In this document: positions 54,788 through 64,000 of the stretch, in pieces
Position numbering within the stretch: the stretch's first letter is position 1
How the letters are laid out: every line of letters starts with the position of its first letter
Assembly: GCA_951406725.2 (NCBI GenBank)
Contig: OX597825.1
Location: 32,984,001 to 33,048,000, forward strand
Direction: 5' to 3'
DNA from: Octopus vulgaris
Lineage: Eukaryota
DNA length: 64,000 nt
Translations under genes and position numbers: made by a program
Notes under the pieces: generated by a model
Told to the model about the DNA's origin: nothing
What the model saw: the letters and a program-made list of their open reading frames with translations, nothing else
Database searches by the model: none

Positions 54788-55250
54788 GGCGGTGTGCTGG
54801 CAGAATCGTTAGAACGCCGGGCAAAATGCTTAGCGGCATTTCGTCCGTCTTTACGTTCTGAGTTCAAATACCGTCGAGGTCGACTTTGCCTTTCATTCTT
54901 TCAGGATCGATGAATTAAGTACCAGTGAAATACTGGGGTCGATGTGATCGACTAGTCCCCTCCCCACAAATTTCAGGCCTTGTACCTATAGTAGAAAGGA
55001 TTATTATTATTATTGTTGTTGTTGTTGTTATTAGCTAAACCGTGGATAGCAGAGTTGACAGAGTATCGAAGCAAATACCTTGTGGTATTTTATTAGATCC
55101 CTTTAGACTCTGAGTTTAAATCCTGCCGAGTTCTATTTTACACTTCATCCTTCCATGATCAATACAGCAAATACCAGTCAAATAAGGTGATCGATTTCGA
55201 TCGAATGTTCCTTCCCATAAAATATATGGCAATGTGCCTGAGTCACAAAT
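53920..55250 (+). mobile_element. Cluster of five co-oriented short-tail SINE-A copies, mostly separated by (TTA)n
   Basis: Copies at ~53920, 54140, 54504, 54788 and 55045. Confidence 0.9.
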
Positions 55251-55646
55251 CATTATTACTATTATTATTATTATCATTGTTATTATTATTACCATTATTA
55301 TTATTATTATTGATTTTCTTCGTGATGATTTATTCATAATTATTAAAACAAAGTCCGTATTTCTCCTAGGTTATATGTAGATCAATAATAATAATAATAA
55401 TATATAAATACACCAAGAGGTTTGAATGTAAGGAATATATATATATACATACATATATACATGCATATATAGAGAGAGAGTGGGGGAGAGATACAGATAG
55501 ATAGATATAGGTATAGACGCATGGTTTGTGCTTGCGAAACTGCATATGTATGCGTGCATACGTGTGCATTTGCATGGGGGCGAATATGTATAAATATATA
55601 TACATATATATCTGTGTATGTGCATATGTCCAACTGTACTTTGTTT

Positions 55647-55682
<36 letters not shown>

Positions 55683-56482
55683 TACATCGCGTCTAATAAT
55701 CAAATATTTATCAAATATATCTACACACATGCAATCATATAAGTGAATGTGCATATATAACTATATTTTTAAGCACACGTGTGTTTGCATGTGTGTGTGC
55801 GTGAGTACGTGTGTGTGTGCACGCGCGTGTGTATGCATCTGTATGCTCGTGTGTGTATACATGACATTTTATCCGCATAGATCAGATTAAAACAAATTTA
55901 TCGATTTATTTAATTTTTTTTTTCATCCTTTTATCATTATTTTAATATTTTTTTATGATGCGACTGACTTTGACTGACGTCTCATTATAGTAAATCTTAC
56001 AATTCACAAAAAAAAGGATATCTCGAACTCATGAACACTGTTCGTTTACCGTTAATTTAAACAATTCTTGTATGATATAAACCAAGATGCATACGAAATT
56101 TATATTCATAATACTATAAACGTCATGTATGTAAATTCCATAGAACTGCTTTTCTTCTTAGACACAGTAATGAGCTTTGTTGACCATGAGTTCGACTGCA
56201 CGAAATCGCAAGATCCAGATAAATATTTTTGTGCTACATATATAAATCAGATTCGACACATTTCTATCATCTATCAACGTATCTATCAATCACAAGGGAA
56301 ATCGATATTTTTTTAGATTTCTATATCAGAAATAAGCAAAAACAATATTCGATTCATACACACATACATACATGCACACACATACATGGATGCATGCATG
56401 TATGTATATAACTATTGAGCCATTTATCTTTGCTTCTTTAGATCGACACATAAATAGACAAATAGTCAGATAACTATCTATT

Positions 56483-56591
<109 letters not shown>

Positions 56592-57251
56592 GCCATCTTA
56601 TAAATTCGCCTTATCTGCTTAAATATGCGTAGACGGATAAATTTGTTTATAAGTAAAATTGTGTACTAATTCTCCATATATACGTGTTTATGCTTGTGTG
56701 CGCGTGAGAGAAAAAGAGGGGAAGGCGAAGGGAGGAACATAAGTTTGAAAGACGGTGAATATTTTCTCCGATAGTAGGGATGTTGTGGACCGTGAAAAGA
56801 CGTCCATTTTAACATCTATAAAATCAATCTGTTTCTATTGATATTTGCTGTTGAGCCAAGTACAAATGTAGCATGTCATTATATAGATGCATTTGATACA
56901 TATGTGTTTTTACATGTTCGTAGAGATGTCCATACACATACACATATGTATACATGTATGCATGTATTTTTGTATGTATGCATGTATTTATATACGTATG
57001 TATATATGTATAGATGCATGAATATATGTATGTATGTGTGTGTATGCGTGTTACATACAAGAGATATATTATTAATTATGCATATATATCAATACACATG
57101 CAAATACATTCATATAGACATATGTGCATGTGTGTGTGATACACGCGCGCGCGTACAAGCGTATCTATTGTTCTCATAACTCGCGGAGACACGTAAACAA
57201 TACTTAATACTGCTCCTTGTCCCTACCTGGATAATCTCAAGAAAAGGAAAT

Positions 57252-57327
<76 letters not shown>

Positions 57328-57350
57328 ATTTGTATATATATATATATATA

Positions 57351-57592
57351 CCGGAGTAAACACATAAATGTGAAACAAGGTGGAAAAAAGAATACTCAAA
57401 TACCAGTGGTAGAGTAATATGCTTTATTTAAAGCAGCAGAAAATTCAACAAAACCTGTTACTCTGAGTTTCCCGTTGCCGTTCATCGGACAGTTTTTGCT
57501 AGAATATTAGCAAAAACTGTCCGATGAACGGCAACGGGAAACTCAGAGTAACAGGTTTTGTTGAATTTTCTGCTGCTTTAAATAAAGTATAT
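57351..57592. mobile_element. Palindromic PLE-like mini element with paired hammerhead motifs
   Basis: Perfect 80-bp arms 57422-57501 and 57508-57587 with a 6-nt loop, between (TA)n tracts. Confidence 0.8.
57517..57554 (+). ncRNA. Minimal type-I hammerhead variant (mirror copy at 57455-57492 on the minus strand)
   Basis: ctgt-CCGATGA-acg.gcaa.cgg-GAAA-ctc.a.gag-TA-acag. U4C core change and GUA site; AATAAA follows ~27 nt downstream. Confidence 0.65.
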
Positions 57593-57614
57593 ACATATAT
57601 ATATATATATATAT

Positions 57615-58100
57615 AAATTAAAATCCAGAAAATGGAGAAGTAGCGTTAATATAATTTATTAACTGCAAAATACAACATGTTCACTTACAGCTCTTTCGAT
57701 TTTGCCGAAAAGAATTAAATACCAGTAATTAAAGGGTCTGTTGAGATGATTTGGAAGAATAACATGTTATAATCCATTGATATGTCTTTTTTACTCCTCT
57801 GACGAGATTTTTCCCAGTAAAATGCTTTAATTACTCGTATTTAATTTGGGCGGGGTGGGGCAAAATCGAAACAGCTGTAAGTGAACATGATGAATTCTTG
57901 CACTTAATAAATTATATTAATTCTACTTCTCCATTTACTGGATTTAAATTTGGATATTTATAAACAAAGTATTATACTTAAACCTATTATTTTAGGAATA
58001 TTACTATTCACATCAAAATAATAGGCAACAAAACAGTAATTCAATGGATATTTTCTATCCCTTAAGATGGTTATTTTAACATCTGTTTAAACTTACATAG
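57615..58100 (+). mobile_element. Fold-back PLE-like mini element
   Basis: Inverted arms 57615-57706 and 57859-57951 plus a 3' tail, between (TA)n tracts. Confidence 0.75.
57793..57885 (+). ncRNA. Type-I hammerhead motif with intact core
   Basis: CTGACGA-gatttt..aaaatc-GAAA-cagctg-TA-agtgaa. Palindromic stem III; stem I is weakened. Confidence 0.7.
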
Positions 58101-58107
58101 ATATATG

Positions 58108-58185
<78 letters not shown>

Positions 58186-58390
58186 AATGTGTGTACGTAT
58201 GTATATATATACATATACACATACATACAAACAAACATACATACATACATACATGGACACATGCACACATACAGACATACATACATGTATTCATAACATG
58301 CATGGAAATTGTTTAAATTGATAACTGGATATACATATATGAGTGTATAGTCAGCATATCTTTACAAGCATGCGTTGAAATGCACTATGT

Positions 58391-58443
<53 letters not shown>

Positions 58444-60091
58444 TGCACGTGTATATAATATGAATATACACATGCATATATATATGCATGTTTATGTAAA
58501 TGTGTTTTATATATATATATATGTGTTATATATATATATATATATATACATACATATACATATACATATACATATATATATATATATAGGTTATCATCTG
58601 TTACCTGTCCATAGACCTGGCGTTCAACGTTCATTGCACACACGACTGGTGTTTGTTTCCCTCTTTTCCTTCCCTGTATGTTTAATATATGATATACGAT
58701 TGCTATAGAGGCAATACACCGTCTGGTGAACAATTAACCGACATATCTGCAGGCAAAAGTAATAGTGTATTCATCCATGTCGCTATTGCACTTTTATATC
58801 GAGTGTCAGTAACGTGAGGCATATAAGCAAATAACTGTAAACCTGGTGCGTTATCCGCTACACCAATTCTATTGATCTAATGTGACGAACGATAAGCAAG
58901 AAATTATTTGTTGTTGATATTTAATTTATCATGATGAGGAAGTGCATACTCCTTCTCAGCACTTTCCGCTAGATTTTAATGTGAATATTTTAATCATTGT
59001 GTGTCTGCAAGAGACTTTGAGACACTGGTTTTTCGAATTCATTGCGTCTCTTTAGTTCCTGCTAGCCACAGATCTCTGAAAGTAGGCAAATTTGGTCTTT
59101 CTTATTTATAAAATACTGCCGACAAATTATTTACTGATACGTTTTGATGCGTGCTGATGCGTTTCCGGTTTATATTAAATTATTATACGCACGTAAAACT
59201 GCGAGATTCAACACGAAGATGTTATCAGTAAAAGAGGTGAAAGATAACTGACATTTTCATTTTTCATAAAAGACTTATGGTGTCTATTGCCTTCACTTGT
59301 AGATGTTTATACTGAGTCAGTTAACAAGGAGTATCATCTCTAAATAGAAAATCTTTTGAACAAAAGATCTGATTTGAGGTACGATGTGTTCCAATTATAG
59401 CAACCTCATATTTGTAGAGACTATTTGAGGAATCGACAATAGATCCTCTACGTGGCTGTTTTAATTGCAAAAAATAACAGTCAAGTCTTTCATCTTTCAC
59501 ACTCTTTTGTCTATAAAAAGCAGGGACAATGTATATTCGATGGTGTATTCCTAGGCACGTTGTCTGAAACAATCCAAGGTTACAGCTAGAATGAATTTTT
59601 GATCATAAAGCTACATGATCTGAACAGACCTGAATGTAAAGAAGCCAAACAACAACAAAAATAAACATATACTTATATATTTATACCTCTATAATTTTGC
59701 TTTTTACGTAAATTAATACATGACTGATGACATGTGCGACGATTTTGTTTAAAGTGAAGAAGAGCTACGCACCGCCAACCTCATTCTCTCGTCCGTGACC
59801 ATCTTCAATCCAGTTGCAAGACCAGGTCAAGACGACTAGAGATGGAGATGGATGCACTGGATGACCAAGATGCCTTGCTTGTCCTATTTTACTCTCTATA
59901 CTCCACAATATACTGCTGAATCCACCTTCCTCTTCGTTAATTCATGAAGGTTTATTCCTCAGAGTCCGCTGGATCCAGTCTTCACATGCATAGGTAGGCT
60001 TTCCTTAACTCACCAAGAGTTACTACCTACCCGTTGGGGAAATTATTAGTATTATGAAGAACCAAACTTTAACTCTTCGTTGTTCGTATTC

Positions 60092-60228
60092 GAAGAAGAA
60101 GAAGAAGAAGAAGAAGAAGAAGAAGAAGAAGAAGAAGAAGAAGAAGAAGAAGAAGAAGAAGAAGAAGAAGAAGAAGAAGAAGAAGAAGAAGAAGAAGAAG
60201 AAGAAGAAGAAGAAGAAGAAGAAGAAGA
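60092..60228. repeat. (GAA)n microsatellite
   Basis: Read directly from the sequence. Confidence 0.98.
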
Positions 60229-60819
60229 TACTAATTTCTTGTATCTTTTCTTATGAAAATATTGAAGTAGGCTTCTTTTTTTTAATTAATTAAAGCAAAA
60301 GAAAACTAATAAATTAAGAAATATCTATTTGAAAACAATTTCTGGTACAAGAATTTTTCGCTTTTTCTCAAAACCTAATGAAAAAAAAATTATCGATGCT
60401 AAAATTAAAATTTTCAAACATTACTATCTTGTTATTAGTTGCAGAAGAAGGCAAAAAGTATAAGGCATTTTAAAATGATGCAGCTGAAAATTTAAACAAT
60501 TAAAAAAAAAAAGAAAATTAATTTCGGCAGCAAAATAATTAGAAAACAATATGGCGTATTTTATTGCTTCATTTTTCTAAAGTTTTACAGTATTTTTTCA
60601 ATTTACTTTTTTTTTATTATTATTTTTCAAGTATATTTTATCACTCTTATTAAGATAGTGAATTTATACTTCTAAACGCAAAGTATTGTTCAAATGTGTC
60701 ATGTATGCATATTACATGATGATTTCGGGGTTATGTATGTACGAGTGTGAGTGTGTGTATATATACAATTGTGTGTGTGTGTGTGTGTGTTTGCGTGTGA
60801 AAGCGCGTAGCTTCGTGGG

Positions 60820-61125
60820 TTGCGTATTCGGTTTCACGATCGTTCGGTTGTGAGTTAGATTCCCGGCGGCGCGTTGCATCCTTAGACAAGGCACTTTATT
60901 TCACGTTAGCTCAGACCACTCAGCCGGCAAAGATGAGCAATAGCTGCATTTCATAAGGGCTAGCCTTCTCCCATTCTGTGTCAAGCATAATCTTACTGAG
61001 AACTACGTGAAGAGCACGCATATCTATGGAGTGCTCAGCTACTTGCACATTAATTCTACGAGCAGGCTGTTCTATTGAATGGATCAACTGGAATCGTCTT
61101 CGTAGTCACCGACGGAGAACCTGTT
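60820..61125 (+). mobile_element. SINE-C (tRNA head, CORE/V-like body)
   Basis: Head with gagttagattccc, then tccttagacaaggcactttatttcac. The 3' part is shared with 18060-18300. Confidence 0.75.
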
Positions 61126-61287
61126 ACGTATATATATATGTGTGTATACATGTACACACATACATACATACATACATACATACATACATACATACACACA
61201 TACAAACATACATACATACATACATACGTATATAAATATCTTTGTGTGTACATTTACATGCAATATATATCAATATCTATCTATCTA

Positions 61288-61330
<43 letters not shown>

Positions 61331-61333
61331 ATG

Positions 61334-61370
<37 letters not shown>

Positions 61371-62255
61371 ATATATATGGACTACTATTCCTGGATACGA
61401 CATATGTATAAAAGTATGCACGTGTGTGTATGTGTGTGTGTGTGCGTGTGTGTGGTAAGGAGGTAAAACACGAGAAATCTACAAAAGAGAGAGAAGAACG
61501 GTGAGAGAGAGAGAGAGAGCAGACGTTGATATGCATTGATATATAGAACTCATATATATTAATATATTTATGTATATAGTTTGCATGCACATATATATAC
61601 ATATATATATTCACACACATAATACACATACACACATATGTATATGTATGAATATAAATATGTATGTGATATATATATATACATACATAGATACACACAC
61701 ACGTACATTTAGCTGTACATATACATTTGTATATGAATAGGTAAATAGAAAATATGCGGAGATATAAATATACGTGTACGGAGATATGAACATTGAAACA
61801 TCTTTATTAAGATATCCACGATAGCATATAATTAGAGAAAGATCTGAGGTGCTATATCCTATAATCACAGGCAAGATATTACCTCTGTCGGCTCTCGGCA
61901 GGAGATCACAACGATATCACCGCCAACAGTAACACAGTTACATTCATAGTTGCCAAGTAGCACAAATGCTAACAGAGAATATATTGCAGCATTTTTAGAA
62001 GTATTATTGTGTTATTAATATTCTAAGAGTTACTATGCTATCACTGCAGGGAAAAGCTAAATAGAAATACAATATATAAGACACATTCAGCGTCTTATCT
62101 TCTACCTATATATTTCTACGTATATGCTATGTATATGTATTTATACGTGTGTGTGTGCGTATATATATGTATGTGTATATATATATCGCATTCATACGTA
62201 TATGTACATATAAGTATATGTAATTTTATATATATGTATATATATATATGTATGC

Positions 62256-62286
<31 letters not shown>

Positions 62287-62324
62287 CATACAAACAAACG
62301 CAGACACACACACATGCACATTCA

Positions 62325-62700
62325 TATTTTTATATTTGCCTATATATAGGTTTGTCTGTCAGTATATATACTGTGTGTATATATATATATATACTGTGTG
62401 TATATATATATATCTACACTGTGTATATATATATATACTGTGTATATATACTGTAATTTTATATATATGTATATATATATATATATTTTTATATTTGCCT
62501 ATATATAGGTTTGTCTGTCAGTATATATACTGTGTGTATATATATATATATATACTGTGTGTATATATATATATATACTGTATATATATATATATACTAT
62601 GTATATATACTGTGTTTATATTTGCCTATATATAGGTTTGTCTGTCAGTATATATACTGTGTGTATATATAGTATATATACTGTGTGTATATATATATAT
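62325..62700. repeat. Three-copy compound minisatellite
   Basis: tatttgcctatatataggtttgtctgtcagtatatatactgtgtg at ~62333, 62492 and 62619. Confidence 0.9.
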
Positions 62701-62705
62701 ATACT

Positions 62706-62763
<58 letters not shown>

Positions 62764-62926
62764 TAGAGAGAGAGAGAGAGACAGAGCGAGATATGTGTGC
62801 ATATGATATGTGCTATGATGTAAATTATAGAGTAATCTACAGAACCTACTCACACTAGCACACACATATATATATGCATCTACATACATATATATATGCT
62901 TAGATGTGTGTGTGTGCATACATATA

Positions 62927-62968
<42 letters not shown>

Positions 62969-63011
62969 CACACACACACATATATATATATGTAAATGCT
63001 TACATACACAC

Positions 63012-63066
<55 letters not shown>

Positions 63067-63232
63067 GCAAAATGTTAATTACTTTTCGCTCTCAACATCT
63101 TTTTTTTAATTTATTCTAGTTCGTTAAGTATATTGATTTTTCATTTATTCACAATTCACATAAGAATTTTCGTTTCAAGTGAAAAACCTGATAAAGGATA
63201 AGACAATAAGTACGGGACATATAGACTGAGAT

Positions 63233-64000
63233 AGTGAGTGAATGAGTGAGTGAGTGAGTGAGTGAGTGAGTGAGTGAGTGAATGAGTGAGTGAGTGAGTG
63301 AGTGAGTGAGTGAGTGAGTGAGTGAGTGAGTGAGTGAGTGAGTGAGTGAGTGATTGAGTGAGTGAGTGATTGAGTGAGTGAGTGAGTGAGTGAGTGAGTG
63401 AGTGAGTGAGTGAGTGAGTGAGTGAGTGAGTGAGTGAGTGAGTGAGTGAGTGAGTGAGTGAGTGATTGAGTGAGTGAGTGAGTGAATGAGTGAGTGAGTG
63501 AGTGAGTGAGTGAGTGAATGAGTGAATGAGTGAGTGAGTGAGTGAGTGAGTGAATGAATGAATGAGTGAATGAGTGAGTGAGTGAGTGAGTGAATGAGTG
63601 AGTGAGTGAGTGAGTGAGTGAGTGAGTGATTGAGTGAGTGAGTGAGTGAGTGAGTGAATGAGTGAGTGAGTGAGTGAGTGAGTGAGCGAGTGAGTGAGTG
63701 AGTGAGTGAGTGAGTGAGTGAGTGAGTGAGTGAGTGAGTGAGTGAGTGAGTGAGTGAGTGAATGAGTGAGTGAGTGAATGAGTGAGTGAGTGAGTGAGTG
63801 AGTGAGTGAGTGAGTGAGTGAGTGAGTGAGTGAGTGAGTGAGTGAGTGAGTGAGTGAGTGAGTGAGTGAGTGAGTGAGTGAGTGAGTGAGTGAGTGAGTG
63901 AGTGAGTGAGTGAGTGAGTGAGTGAGTGAGTGAGTGAGTGAGTGAGTGAGTGAGTGAGTGAGTGAGTGAGTGAGTGAGTGAGTGAGTGAGTAAGTGAGTG
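63233..64000. repeat. Long (TGAG)n tetranucleotide array running off the window end
   Basis: Read directly from the sequence. Confidence 0.98.

Noticed and set aside
59740-60040. Possible RTE 5' region (also 43700-43870)
   Set aside because: Only a vague resemblance, with no diagnostic protein motif visible.

Overview
AT-rich, repeat-dense eukaryotic intronic or intergenic DNA. The SINE families and microsatellite load suggest an octopus (cephalopod) genome; this is an inference. No intact protein-coding gene is visible, and almost all ORF-track entries are translated microsatellites. The window holds dozens of copies of three tRNA-derived SINE families, a decayed Tc1/mariner transposon, MITEs, and fragments of R4/Dong-like, CR1/L2-like and RTE-like non-LTR retrotransposons. 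There are a few candidate + strand host exons, the best being 52230-52325. Two signals stand out. (1) Several small fold-back elements sit in (TA)n tracts and carry minimal type-I hammerhead-ribozyme motifs of the Penelope-like (PLE) kind, including a perfect 80-bp palindrome at 57422-57587. (2) There are signs of SINE-targeted retrotransposition: a 1.6-kb L1/Tx1-like element with a 13-bp TSD inside a SINE head, SINE concatemers with the same junction at two independent loci, and a SINE 3' tail shared with a LINE-like 3' end. All alignments and pairings were done by eye and boundaries are approximate.
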